From Eledone cirrhosa (Eukaryota): a stretch of DNA of 64,000 bases. Under the pieces are notes generated by a model. It was not told where the DNA came from. It made no database searches and saw nothing but the letters and a program-made list of their open reading frames with translations. The translations under genes and the position numbers were made by a program. Of the stretch, positions 27,864 through 44,235 are shown in pieces; position 1 is the first letter of the stretch, and each line of letters opens with the position of its first letter. The stretch covers positions 81,964,001 to 82,028,000 of the forward strand of contig OZ024741.1 in the NCBI GenBank assembly GCA_964016885.1. Direction: 5' to 3'.

Positions 27864-28980
27864 ATTAGAATTGGTGCTCTGAAATAGCGATATATATATG
27901 AATGTATATATAGTGTATTTTGCAATACACTGTATGCTTAATTAAAAGCATTTCGAAGACCTTACGCTATTGTTTTAGAATAGTGACAGTCTCCCTTACT
28001 TTAATTTTCAGCAAACAGGGGAGATAAAGCTGACGGAGCTCTGTTTCGCACTTTTTGGTGCTTATCAAAGCTAACTACTCCTCCTGTTTGCTGAAAATCA
28101 TGAATGTTTGATTCTTATAGAATTCTAGTAATAATCAGGAACTGGTTATACAGAGCGGTTGGCGGTCAAGCAGAAATTGAAAATTAGAATTGGTGCTCTG
28201 AAATAGCGATATATATATATGAATGTATTTATAGTGTATTTTGCAATACACTGTATGCTTAATTAAAAGCATTTCAAAGAACCTTACGCTATTGTTTTAG
28301 AGTAGTGACAGTCTCACTTACTTTAATTTTCAGCAAACAGGGGAGATAAAGCTGACAGAGCTCTGTATAATCAGTTCCTGATTATTACTTGAATTCTATA
28401 AGAATCAAACATTCATGATTTTCAGCAAACAGGAGGAGTAGTTAGCTTTGATAAGCACCAAAAAGTGCGAATCAGAGCTCTGTCAGCCTTATCTCCCCTG
28501 TTTGCTGAAAATTAAAGTAAGAAAGACTGTCACTATTCTGTTTGCTGAAAATTAAAGTAAGTGAGACTGTCACTACTCTAAAACAATAGCGTAAGGTCTT
28601 CGAAATGCTTTTAATTAAGCATACAGTGTATTGCAAAATACACTATATATACATTAATATATATACCGCTATTTCAGAGCACCAATTCTAATTTTCAATT
28701 TCTGCTTGACCGGCAACCGCTCTGTATAATCAGTTCCTGATTATTACTAGAATTCTAAAAAAATTAAACATTCATGATTTTCAGCAAACAGGAGGAGTAG
28801 TTAGCTTTGATAAGTACCATAAAGTGCGAAACAGAGCTCTGTCAGCTTTATCTCCCCTGTTTGCTGAAAATTAAATTAAGTGAGACTGTCACTACTCTAA
28901 AACAATAGCGTAAGGTCTTCGAAATGCTTTTAATTAAGCATACAGTGTATTGCAAAATACACTATATATACATTCATATA
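27864..28980. mobile_element. Retrozyme-like inverted tandem array, about 319-bp monomer, with U3-A8 hammerheads
   Basis: About 1.6 units minus then about 1.8 units plus; HHR agct TTGATAA gtac cataaa gtgc GAAA cagagctctg TC agct at 28803-28847, further copies 28444-28488 (+) and 28028-28072 (-). Confidence 0.85.
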
Positions 28981-29186
28981 TATATATATATATATATATA
29001 TAACCTTACACACTTAAATATAAATGCATGTATATATACAAATGTATAAATGAATAGCTATATACATACGTAAATGTATATATGTATATGTGTATGTATG
29101 TATGTAGATTTATATATATATATGTATGGATGTAGATTTATATATATATATATGTAGATTTATATATATATATATATATATATATT

Positions 29187-29610
29187 TAGTTTCTGAATTT
29201 GTTTAGCAAGATTCTTTATCTAAAAACGTGTGTTGAAACCGATATTGTGGTTGTACTTTGGGAGAGTTATGTTGGCAATAAGAAACACACGCACCATGCT
29301 TTCACTCCAATTTCTTATAAATTTATAAATTTAAGAAATTTGTTAATTTCCGGTTGTTTGGTTGGTTCCACAACCGGACGGTTGTTCATATATTGGCAAA
29401 GTTCTTTCATCACACATTCTGTGACCTCTTCAGTGACTGGGGATTCTATATATGACAATATATGAACAACAATCCGGCTGTGGAACCAACTAACCAACCG
29501 GAAATTTACAAATTCCTTAAATTTATAAATTTAATTTATAATTGGAGTGAAAACAACTGGTGCGTGTGTTCCTTATTGGCAATATGACCCTCCAAAAGTA
29601 TAACAATATA
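29187..29610. mobile_element. PLE pLTR-like fold-back element with HHR (same family as 56125-56702)
   Basis: Inverted arms; minus strand gtca CTGAAGA g gtcac agaatgt gtgat GAAA gaac TT tgcc at about 29394-29437. Confidence 0.7.
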
Positions 29611-30346
29611 TATATATATATATATATACATACATACATATATACATACATAAATTTACGTGTGTATATAGCTATGCATTTAAACATTTGTATATATACA
29701 TGCATTTATATTTAAGTATGTAATATGCTGATATGATCTATGTGTTCTTTTTTGTTGAGGAGTAAAATTTTGTCGCCAGATTTTATTACCTAGGAAGATT
29801 AAATACCACACCGCTGGCTGAAAGCTGACCGGGTTCTCAACCTCATCAAACACTAACGCCGGCCTGTCTGTGTATATATATATGTGTGTGTGTGTATGTA
29901 TGTATGTATGTATGTGTGTGTTCACCACCCACCATTGCATCTTTTTGTTGTCATTTCTGTTGAAGTAGTCCTTATTTTCATTCTCTTTGATTTCTTTTGA
30001 TTTTCTTTTATCTCCCTAGGGAATTCGTTGACAAGCTTCTTTTATTTATTTTATTCGTTTCTTCATTCAAATCCATTCACACTGGCTGTCTAAGAGACGT
30101 ACAAATATGACTTATAAAACTTACCAAACTAAAGGGTCTTCTAGCGCCCCCAACATTTCAAACGCCCCCCCACCCCCCACCCCCCTGGAGCTACGAAACG
30201 CCCCCACCCCCCTTGAGAACCTTTGCTTTAACACAATTGAGATACACACACATATATATACAGAAAAATTCCTCTCTCGAAAAATACGTTTTTCTTGTGA
30301 AAATACACAATTACCACCACCACAACCACTACTGCTACTACTACTT

Positions 30347-30386
<40 letters not shown>

Positions 30387-30387
30387 C

Positions 30388-30455
<68 letters not shown>

Positions 30456-31166
30456 CTCTGTCTTTCTCTATATATAAGGTTTCATTTTACAGCCAGTCTT
30501 CTCAACAAGAAAGCTGAGAAACCATCTTCAACATTTAATTAAAATTAAACATTTTTCTTTTTAATTGTAATATTCAACAGTTGATTCAACATTATACGGC
30601 GTCAATAAAATAAAGTACCAGTAATGTACTGGGTATTTTGCCGGCCTTGTACCCAAAGTAGAAACAATTATATATTGATCACTTGATATTTATGTTTCCC
30701 GTTTCTAGTTCTGTTTTGCGACTTAGTAAGTGAGCTATTTCTTGTATTAGCTTTAGAACATTCATCCTATAGAACGTTGTAATTTTATTTTTATACTGCA
30801 CGTGGCTTGAGGAATGGCTGACTTCCCGTTCTTCAGCAACAAATATTTTTTTAAAGAATTTACAAGATGCATACTGATGTTTGCTAGCTCTTGGCTTCAC
30901 TATTTGCCGATATTAACCAACAGTAACCGTTGATGATATGTGCTGCAAGAAATGGTACATAAAACCCTCATAATCCTTAGTTGCTATGCAGGCATTATAA
31001 TTATTCTGTCTTTGTTTCTTTAGCATAATTATATTAGATATGTGATTTTGTAGGATATTGTCAATGTGCAATCTCTGCGAGGTCTTGGAATTTAGCTTCA
31101 ACTCCCTCAGTGAGCCATCATAAACCCGCCGCATGATAGTTATATATTACGTATCGATCGCATTCG

Positions 31167-31217
<51 letters not shown>

Positions 31218-32380
31218 TGTGTGTGAGTTTTCTGCTAAGATAAGGACAATGTTTTAGAAATATTAGATATATAAGTAGTGGGGATGTGAATACTCAATTG
31301 ATAAAGAGTGATATCTACTTATGATCCCCTCCTATGTCAGTGTGTAGTCGAACTAGATTCAAATAAATACAAAATGTTGGAAAATATAACAATGAGAAAA
31401 CAATCAGGTCTTTATCCATCCAATATTTTACAATCCTTTCAGCTGAGCAGACAAATATGCATACCTTTTTCAATTGTGTAGAGGTAAATCTATTCAACCG
31501 AAGCCTACAAAAAGGATACATTTCAAGCCTGATGGAAATGTTTTTCTTTTCTTCCATTGTACAAGAGGCTCTGTCGAAACAACCATAAGGCAATACATTA
31601 ATAATTACCATGGTTTTCCTCGCTTATTCATTCATTATTCAAAATTATGCATATATGAATATATAAATATATATACATACCCATGAAGACGCGTGGTTTA
31701 ATTGTTAGGGTGTATGTGCAGGATTGTAGGCCCCAGAGTTCAGTTACCGGCTGCACGTAGAGTGATTCAGCTAGACACTTTTATTTCACGTTGCTCCAGT
31801 CCACTCCTCTTGCAAAAACTGCATCATGTAGAATCTCCCTGAGAAATCAGTTATGGGTACACATGTCTATGGAATGCTCAGTTACTTACAAATCAATTTC
31901 CAATTTCACGAGACAGATATTTGAAAGACGGGAACACATATGCTAATCCAATTTTACACAACAAGGAGGAGGGCAGTGAGGAACTTTGCCGAGAATTATG
32001 CTAACAAGAAGCGAATTTACACGCAAACTCATACTTACATAACTATTTCTTTGCTGTCTTCACCCTATTAACTGGTCCTGGATTTCATGGCTTGGAAGGA
32101 TGAAACGCAAATCTGAACTTAATGGGATTTGAACTAAATCCAACAAATTACTCTGTCGGGTGATTTAACGATTATGATACCACATAGAGAACGTACTCAT
32201 ATAATACTGAAGTGTTCATATACTTATAGACGGAAAGAAAATAATTCTATAAATATTAAAATTCAAGATTGAAGCAATAAGTGTAAATTTTTTTCAATGG
32301 AAAATTTATGTATATATGTATATACTGACTTTGTTTTAGCCTCCAGTTTCTTCAATTTAAGTGAGAGTTGTATACACAGT

Positions 32381-32416
<36 letters not shown>

Positions 32417-32518
32417 CATATATATATATTTACTTATTTATATATTTATATAAATACCTGTTTGTATGAGGGTGTGTGAGTGAATGTGTGGGTGTTTCTG
32501 TGCGTGTTTCTCTATGTA

Positions 32519-32594
<76 letters not shown>

Positions 32595-33002
32595 GAGAGA
32601 TAGTGAAAGAGAATAATGGGCACATCATATACGACAAATAATCAGTCTATATATGAGGAGCACTTCCACATTATGAAACATCTTCGCCGACAAATACGTA
32701 TTGATATATATTAACACACATACCACAGACCGTACACTACACCCTATTGCGGCATATTAAAGAAAGTGTTTAAATAATGCTTTACGCTTATATTTAACTC
32801 ACAGATACAAACCTGGAAAAACAAAACAAAGGGAATTTTTCCATTACATTTAAACATACAAGAATTTGGAAATTAAATATTGAATATTTATATATGTGTT
32901 TTGAATAAGTGTCTTTATGTCACTGGAGGTGTGTGTGGTTTTGTGTGTGAGTATATGCGATGTAATTTGCTTATGCACACTTATACACAACACAGAGACA
33001 CA

Positions 33003-33139
<137 letters not shown>

Positions 33140-35066
33140 TATATTTATATATATATGCGCGCGTGCGTGTGTACGTGTAAGTGAGTGTCAGTGTGTGTGT
33201 TTGTATATGCTCGTATGAGTGTGTGTGTGTGTGGCTAGCTGTGAGTGTGGTTATGAGTTTGTGGTTTCCATTTTGTCATTTCCTATAAAAACTGCTGGGA
33301 ATTCGTAAATGTTAAGACTTGTTCCACTATAAACAAAAGGAAAGGATTTGCCTGGAAGGTCTGTTCTGAAAAGCGTTTATTTCTGTATAATGTATAATAT
33401 TGTAGAAAATTGACTTCAATTTGATTTGACTTCACAATAATTGCTTTAACTGTTGAATATATCTCTCTGGGATTGTGAAGAACCGGACTGCTATTGTTTA
33501 GTGTAACGCAAAGCTTCTACGATTGAAAGCGTCCAAAAACGTACGACCTACTCGCTATACCACTTTCTATTGCTAATTTAAAATTAAAATAGATGCAGAT
33601 ATTTCTGCTACTATGTTTCTTGTGTTGCAGAATTGGAAAATCGAATAATAAATATGATTTAGTCAACAAAAAATGGTGAATAATGAATTCATTTGAAAAC
33701 AGTCACACATACACACATAAACAATATCTACGTATTTGTAAAAGTAGAGTATTTTTCACATAAAAAGTATCCCGCATTGTGAGATAACCATTAGTGTGAT
33801 ATTACCTAACAGCCATCAATATATATTGAGTTGGCAGGAGGCAATTGCTCAAGATCTGCTTAATATGTGGTAACTTAGGGATAAAGAGGATACATGCATT
33901 GCTGATTAGTTAAGCGGTTTGCTTTGTAATCGCGATGTTGGATTGCATGACATTCTCAGCAAGTGTCTTTGCCAGTGCCTCATATTGATCAACGAACTTC
34001 CAGTAACATTGAAGAGATGGACAAATTTTGTAATCCCGGATAAATTGCGCCTGTAATTTGGATGCTACATTTGTCTGTGAAATACTCAACAACTTTCACA
34101 TCCATTTACGTGTACAGTTGAGCGAATGACTAAATGCTCATCTTTAAAACTAAGGGTTCACCAGTATGAATGAAGAATAATATAATTTAGGCTCATAAAG
34201 TAATGCGCAAAGCAAATGTGTGTTTGTTGGCAGTGCGACCTATGTTTAGAGGTAGACAATGTAATGGGAGACAGTGTAATGTGTGAACGGTTTATAGTTG
34301 GGCAGAGCTAAGATGTCAGACTCCTTTGTAGCGATGAACCTTCTGTGGTTTCATACAGTTTATATCAATGTTTGAGACATTTCATTTTACAAAATGCATC
34401 AGTGCGAATTATATAATAATATGTAAATATATGAATAGTGTTTAAAGTTCCATGTGTAGATCACGGAAACACAGAAAGCTGCGGTATAAAATAAGTTGGT
34501 ACACGAGAAAAGAACATTTACAATATATGATTAAATTTAAAAGAAAATGACTATGTTAATTCAAAAGCATAGTTTCTATTTAACAAAGGATGGAAAAATA
34601 CTCAAATGGTTCAACGCCATTTTATTGAAGTAGGTATAGATTTATTTTATTACAATAGTTTATAAATTTACAAGCAAGAAAACCATACCATTTGTTTTCA
34701 AATTTGACACCATAATTCTATGTCAAAATTCCCTTCCCTTTCATCTTTATTATATTTTCTTAAAACATATTTCATTGTTCCATTGTATTGTGAAGCTTAT
34801 TGTTGCAAATTAATCGAGATACCCACCCCCCCACTCACTCTCTCTCTTTTGATTGGTTGTTTTATGATTATTTACTTCTATAATTTATGGACAGTTTTCC
34901 TCTTTAAAGTTGGCTTTTGTTTTGGAAGGATTTTGGTATATAAGTAATTTTATTTATATCGATTTCGTGAATAAAATAATCTTTTCAATGCCACTTTTAT
35001 GTTATATTTTGAGATCTATCTGTATGTTTTGATTATATATATACATGGGTCTGTGTGGGGCGTATT

Positions 35067-35099
<33 letters not shown>

Positions 35100-35118
35100 A
35101 TATGGGCGGGTATGTGTG

Positions 35119-35188
<70 letters not shown>

Positions 35189-37325
35189 TACGAGGAGAGT
35201 TAAAATGATGAAATAACTTAGAAATCCAATTACTTCTTCCTGTACAAAAATGTACTTTGATGAAGTATTTAATTGTTAGAAATACGGAGACCTGTTGAAT
35301 GATCTGATAATGAAGAAGAAAGGAAACGAAGTGTAGAAGGATTTCTGAAAACACTATTCTAGTTTCAATATTCTACACAGAAAATTCTCTTTGAAGTATA
35401 ACCCGGAAATACCTTAGCTTGTATGGTTCTAATAAACACTTTTGTTTGAACAAGATTTCGTCTAGATGTATATTCCCAGAAAGAGAAATTAAAAAGCAAT
35501 TTACTTCATACAATGAAATCATGCTGGAATTTCTTTCTCTATACACAATCTATGAAGTCTAAGAAGAACTATTGAAGTTTTCTGATAGTTTTAATAGCTT
35601 AGAAAGCATACACAAAGATTTATAGTAAAGACGTTCTTTATAAAGTTTTGTTAAAACGTATTGTTTTGATTAAATTATGATTTGTGTATTTTCGAAATAT
35701 AAAGCATATGCACAGAAAAAACTTTAAAACAAATTTAATGTTTTTTCCAGATAAAGGAGTAGAAACTAACATATAATATCTTCTATTATTATATCTCAAG
35801 CAAGTTGCATATATTTTTTCAAATTAATGAGTGGAAAGCAACGCGTATACAATTTTTATTTATTTACATAATGCTTAAGAGTGTTTCAGATATGACATAA
35901 AGAATATTCATCAATTAGATGATATATGTAATAATATGGATTACAGGGTATCTTCTGTTTTCTATGCATGAACACAAGCCATTAGTTTTATTGATCTCGT
36001 ATATGCTATCATCTTATTTTGTGTATTACAAGAATATGATATTAGTAACAAATATTGTTTTAATACTTTTATTTTCAATAGATGTCACGGAAGACATTAA
36101 TAAAAAAAAATGTTGTTTATTAGAGAGAGACAAAATGTGAATTTAAACTTCCAGTGATTTTGAAACGCTTCGAAACAATTTGCTATAAACCATGCACAGC
36201 GAAACCTCTAATTGGTGATTGGAACCGATAGAAATACACATCAGTGCTTACTATCTTACATCAGTGCTTACTATCTTAAATAAGGAAGGACATATTGAGA
36301 CAATGACATCCATGGATCCAATGCCTGTCATCATAGATCTGCTTGATTTGGGAGCCAAACAGTTACACACACGGGAAAACATGTGTCGTACATACAATCA
36401 TACCTCACACAATCATAGACACATCTGTAGAATGTCAGACAAATATCATGTAGTGTTTAGTTACATTGCGTAATATTGTGAGTTCAGCCCTAGTTTAGGT
36501 CCGCTTCATCATTCATCCATTCGAAGTCAATGAAAGGAACCACGATGTCGCTTTACGCAGTTATACAGTAAAAAATCGGGACCCAGCCTGTTGATTGACC
36601 AATGATAGAAAGCAGTAAAAGGCCAGTAATTTTGGAGAGGGAAAATATATTAAATCGACCCCAGTACTTTAATGGTACTTTATTTTATTGACTCATGAAA
36701 TACGAAGTAAAAAGCTGCCGTAAACAACCGTAAGCAAATATTACAAACATTTTGTCCGACACTTTAACTATTCAGATATCCCACTGCCTTTAATAAAAGA
36801 ACAAAATAATATGCATTGTCTTGTAATATATGAACCTCAAACCAAGAGGACGACCCAAGACTGAGCCTTTATCGGTATATTGCTAGAAAAGACAGTAAAA
36901 TATTTCGTGAAATATTAAAATAGGAAGGTCCCCATAAGATATTAAGGACCGAGGTGCACTGTGCTCGAGAAATATACAAAAAATTACGGGAGGGTAATAG
37001 GATGAATGCCTTTGATAGGGAGTCTATTCAAACAGAAGCAACGTTAAAAAACAACCGTGTAAACCTCCGTTTTACACAAGCAATATACATGTAGGATGAT
37101 GTTGACTTAGAAACATACAAAAACAACATATCCACTAATGCGAATAATTCAACAAACAAAACTCACACCACTATCAACAATACGGACAGCAACGCCATCA
37201 CAACTAATATGGACTACTCACAAACGCAACACCCACAACACGAACTATACCAATATGAAATATGGCAATAACATCAAAATCACCACCAATATGAACAATA
37301 CACACTATTATCAATAATACTAAAT

Positions 37326-37515
37326 AGGCGGTGGATTGGCAGTATCGGTAGAGGGTCGGACGCCATGCTTTGACGCATAGAGTTACAGCCCTTGCCATTC
37401 TGAGTTCAAATCCCGCCGAGGCTAACTTTACCTTTCATCCTTACGGGTCGATAAAATAAAGTACCAGTTATGCACTGGGTATTTGCTGGCCTTGTGCCAA
37501 AAATAGAAACAATTA
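37326..37515 (+). mobile_element. tRNA-type SINE
   Basis: Full-length match to the 12040 copy. Confidence 0.88.
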
Positions 37516-37519
37516 TCAT

Positions 37520-39052
37520 TAATACTAATAACAACATCATCACCACCAATACACCAAAAGAAAAGCCACTCACAACACCATAAATAATGACACCACCAAC
37601 ATCATAATCCCAAACAGAACACATCATACACAACCAACACAACCTCTACCGTCAACATCACTAGCATAGCACCACCTACGTCATCCTACGCCACCAACTC
37701 AAGCTGATCCATCACCAACACCAGATATCCTACCACCACAACAACAACAACCACCACAACATCAGCAGCAGCACCTAGACTACAATCACCCCCAACTACC
37801 ACCAGCACCACCAACACAACCACAACCAATACCATTTCCTCAACCACTAAATATACCACCATGGCTCCCACAATCACACCCCGCCCCACCACCAATACAA
37901 ACTCCACCACCATCACAACAACAACAACAATGATAACATGAAAACTAGAACGTATGTACAATAAAACAATAAGGTAATTAAAATAAAATAATGAAAATAA
38001 AAGAAATTTAATAGATTAATTGAATAATATATGGATTTTAAGTGAAGAGTGAGGAAAGTAATGGCTGATTTAATTATAACGTATATGTGTGTTAATGTGT
38101 GTGTGTGTTTATGTGTGCGAGTGTTTATGTGTGCGAGTCTGAGATAATGTGTATGTGTGATATTGTGTATGTCTGCATGTATTTGTCAATACTTATGCAT
38201 ATGTCCATGTGTCAGTGTGTATGTATTTGTGCAAATGTGTGTGTGGATATATGGGTATGTGTTTTAAAGATTGTATGTGTGCGGTGATATGTGTGTCTAT
38301 ATATATATATATGTCATTGCATGTTTGTCAGTATGTATATGTGTGTCTGTCAGTATGTATATGTGTGTGTAAATGTGTGTATGTTTGTATGTGCGCATTT
38401 TAATTCATATGTATGTGTGTCTATGTGTCTATGTGTATATATGTATGTTAATGTGCGTTTAAGTGTGTTAATGTGTGTATGCATGTGTTAATGTGTGTCT
38501 CTGCGTAATAATAAATGTATGTGTATGATAATGGCCTGTGTGTTTTAATCTGTGTGTTCTAATATATGTGTGTTAATGTATGTGTGTGCATGCTAATGTG
38601 TGTATGTCTGCGTGAGAATGTGCGTACAAGTACGTCAATGCATATGTGTGTATATGCGTGTACATGTGTGGATGCATATGTTAAGGCGTTTATAATGTGT
38701 GTATTTGTGGCTAATGTATGTTTCAATGTGTACGTGAATATTCTGCATGTATTAATGTGTGTATGTATGTGCACCTAATGATGGGAATGTGTGTGTGTAT
38801 GTGAAAGTGTTTGCGTATGTGTTTGAGTGTATAAATGTGTGCATGTGGATGCGTGTGTGTATGTGTTTGTGTATGCTTGCTTATGATTGTGGGTATGTGT
38901 ATGTGTGTGAGCATGTGAATGTACCTGTATCAGTGTGTGCATGCACGTGAATGTGTATGTGTGTTTATATGTATGAGTGAGTATGATGAGTGTGTGTTTG
39001 TGTGCGTCTATGTGTGTGAGTATCATGTGTGTGAGTATCATGTGCGTGTGTG
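37520..39052. repeat. Degenerate (ACC/ACA)n tract followed by about 1 kb of degenerate (TG)n
   Basis: Low-complexity composition. Confidence 0.85.
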
Positions 39053-39236
39053 TTGGAGAGTGGGCAACAAAGCATGAATTTCACTGCTTATGAAGATGTT
39101 TTATACTAGAAAATGCTCGTAAAATACGACAATTCGAAGAATTGGTTTATCCTTTGGAATGTATGCATGCTTTTAAATATATTCAGTGAAATTATATTTC
39201 CGTCCGATACCCCTCTCTCTCTGTCTCTCTCTATCA

Positions 39237-39327
<91 letters not shown>

Positions 39328-39472
39328 AATAGCGTTCACCGTGTTTTTTTACTAAAGAAATTTTAGTCTGATAATGGGGTTCAGAACCATTATCAGACTA
39401 AAATTTCTTTAGTCAAAGAATACGGTGAAAGCTATTCTATTTTCTAATTTCAAACCTGCTCACTGTTTCAAA

Positions 39473-39473
<1 letters not shown>
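39328..39473. repeat. About 50-bp-arm hairpin plus about 37-nt tail, embedded in (TA)n
   Basis: aatagcgttcaccgtg..actaaagaaattttagtctgataatgg / ccattatcagactaaaatttctttagt..tacggtgaaagctatt. Confidence 0.8.
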
Positions 39474-39525
<52 letters not shown>

Positions 39526-39625
39526 GGTAGAACACTGGAAGGTAAAATAAAAATATAAGAAATATCAAAGTAAGGTTGAGGGAAGAAGAAAAAAAGATTA
39601 TAAATAATAAGTATATAAACATACG

Positions 39626-39711
<86 letters not shown>

Positions 39712-40160
39712 TAAAAAATAAGCTATCACATCGACAGGCATATACATGAAGTTATAATAATAAATAAATAAATAAAAGTAAAAAAATAATTAAAGTCAAA
39801 TATAAAAATAAAAAATGAAAAAAATAGCACGTATACAACGATACGAGAGAGGAAAAAAAATCAATAAAAATAAACAAATACAGGTGGAAAGCAATTGCAC
39901 AAAAAAAATATATATATATGTATATGTGTATATATATATAAATGAATTACTTCCGTCGGAAAGGTCCAGGAAAAAAGAGTTCTCTATGTAGGTTACAGAG
40001 CTTAATAGTTATGAAATAAACAACATAAGGCAATTATTTCATTTACTAGTGGTTTGAAAGCAAACAAAGTTTGATTTCAATCATCAGAATGAAAAAATCC
40101 TGGTGTATTTATTGACAGTGGATTTTCTAAAATCCAATGTCAATAAATACACAAGGATTT

Positions 40161-40221
40161 TTTCATTCTGATGATTGAAAGCAAAATTTGTTTGCTTTCA
40201 AGAAACCACTGGTAAATGAAA
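40161..40221 (+). ncRNA. Canonical type I hammerhead inside the 40008-40250 fold-back
   Basis: tttcatt CTGATGA ttgaaagcaaa atttg tttgctttcaa GAAA ccactgg TA aatgaaa; the inverted copy at about 40027-40095 has lost part of helix II/GAAA. Confidence 0.85.
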
Positions 40222-40247
40222 TAATTGCCTTATGTTGTTTATTACAT

Positions 40248-40385
<138 letters not shown>

Positions 40386-40425
40386 ATTATAAATAATAAG
40401 TATATAAACATACGCACACACACAT

Positions 40426-40478
<53 letters not shown>

Positions 40479-40644
40479 TAAAAAAATAAGCTATCACATC
40501 AACAGGCATATACATGAAGTCATAATAATAAATAAATAAATAAAAGTAAAAAAATAATTGAAGTCAAATATAAAAATAAAAAATGAAAAAATAGCACGTA
40601 TACAACGATAGGAGAGAGGAAAAAAAATCAATAAAAATAAACAA

Positions 40645-40737
<93 letters not shown>

Positions 40738-40772
40738 CATATATACACATACATATACATACATATATATAT

Positions 40773-41575
40773 GGTGGCTGCCAACTCGTTTTCGAGTACG
40801 GCCACTACTTTATATCCATGTAGGAGAACCCCTACCGATGCACTGAACGACTGTATATATATATACATACGAGTGAACATACATATATACATACATATAT
40901 ACACAAACATGTACACAAATAAGTGTATACATACCAATATATATACACATATATATATATGGTGACTGCCAACTCTTTTTCGAGTACGGCCACTACTTTA
41001 TATCCATGTAGGAGATCCCCTACCGATGTGCTGAACGAGTGACTTTTTAGCCCAGCCGGCGACTTGAAAACTCTGGTACAAATACTGCACCTGTGACAAT
41101 TATTGACACATAGTGCTGGGCCCATGGTACCATGTGACGACAAGTGTAGAGAGATCAGAGATCTCCAGATATAAAGCAATGCCTGTGCCGTGAAGCTTTT
41201 ATAGTGAGCAAAGGCACTGCACAAAGCCAGTCCCACTTTCTTAACCAAGATGATATTTACCAAAAAGAAGAACAAGTCAACATCATTGGATACCATCAGG
41301 GTTGCAGGTGTTATATCAGAGTTTTCCTTCTCCTAGAATTCTGCCTTGACAAAGGCTAAGGGGTAATCTCTCCCAGTGATTTTGGATGGCCATTGACTCT
41401 TAAGAGCTCCTTTTCCCTTTGACAGGTTTTGTTTTTAGTCCTGCAGGATGTCCAAAGTCACCCTCCTCACCAGGAAACCTTTGTGGGGTTGCCAGTTTAG
41501 TCGCCAACGACCCGACCATGAGACAGGTTGTACTGGGATACATGTTACCAGTAGCACCAACTAGTGACCTGACGA
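40773..41575 (-). mobile_element. RTE-derived non-autonomous remnant with a duplicated about 78-bp block (40773-40850, 40961-41038)
   Basis: C-terminal CSICTRVFKSPAGLKSH zinc-finger-like motif; ctaggagaaggaaaactctgat typical of RTE 5'UTRs. Confidence 0.45.
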
Positions 41576-41577
41576 TA

Positions 41578-44000
<2,423 letters not shown>

Positions 44001-44008
44001 TGTGTGTG

Positions 44009-44048
<40 letters not shown>

Positions 44049-44050
44049 TA

Positions 44051-44235
<185 letters not shown>

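Larger units (their letters stand above)
21639..30225 (-). mobile_element. hAT transposon, Buster/Charlie type, inflated to 8.6 kb by nested insertions
   Basis: TIRs caaagcttctcaa / ttgagaacctttg; 8-bp TSD ctttaaca at 21631-21638 and 30226-30233 with the nnnTAnnn Buster signature. Confidence 0.85.
20760..30590. mobile_element. PLE pLTR-like inverted repeat: left arm about 20860-21140, right arm 21614-21638 + 30234-30590, split by a hAT insertion
   Basis: caattgtgttaaaggactggtcaagagttta (left) is reverse-complemented as taaactcttgaccagtcctttaaca [insertion] caattg...; homology continues through 30590. Confidence 0.75.

Noticed and set aside
33790-34180. Coding-like composition island
   Set aside because: Stops in every frame and no family could be assigned
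37100-37960. Mucin-like Thr/Pro-rich coding exon
   Set aside because: Degenerate (ACC/ACA)n with stops and an inserted SINE
41440-41575. HDV-like ribozyme at an RTE 5' end
   Set aside because: Plausible by context, but I could not assign the P1-P4 pairings by eye
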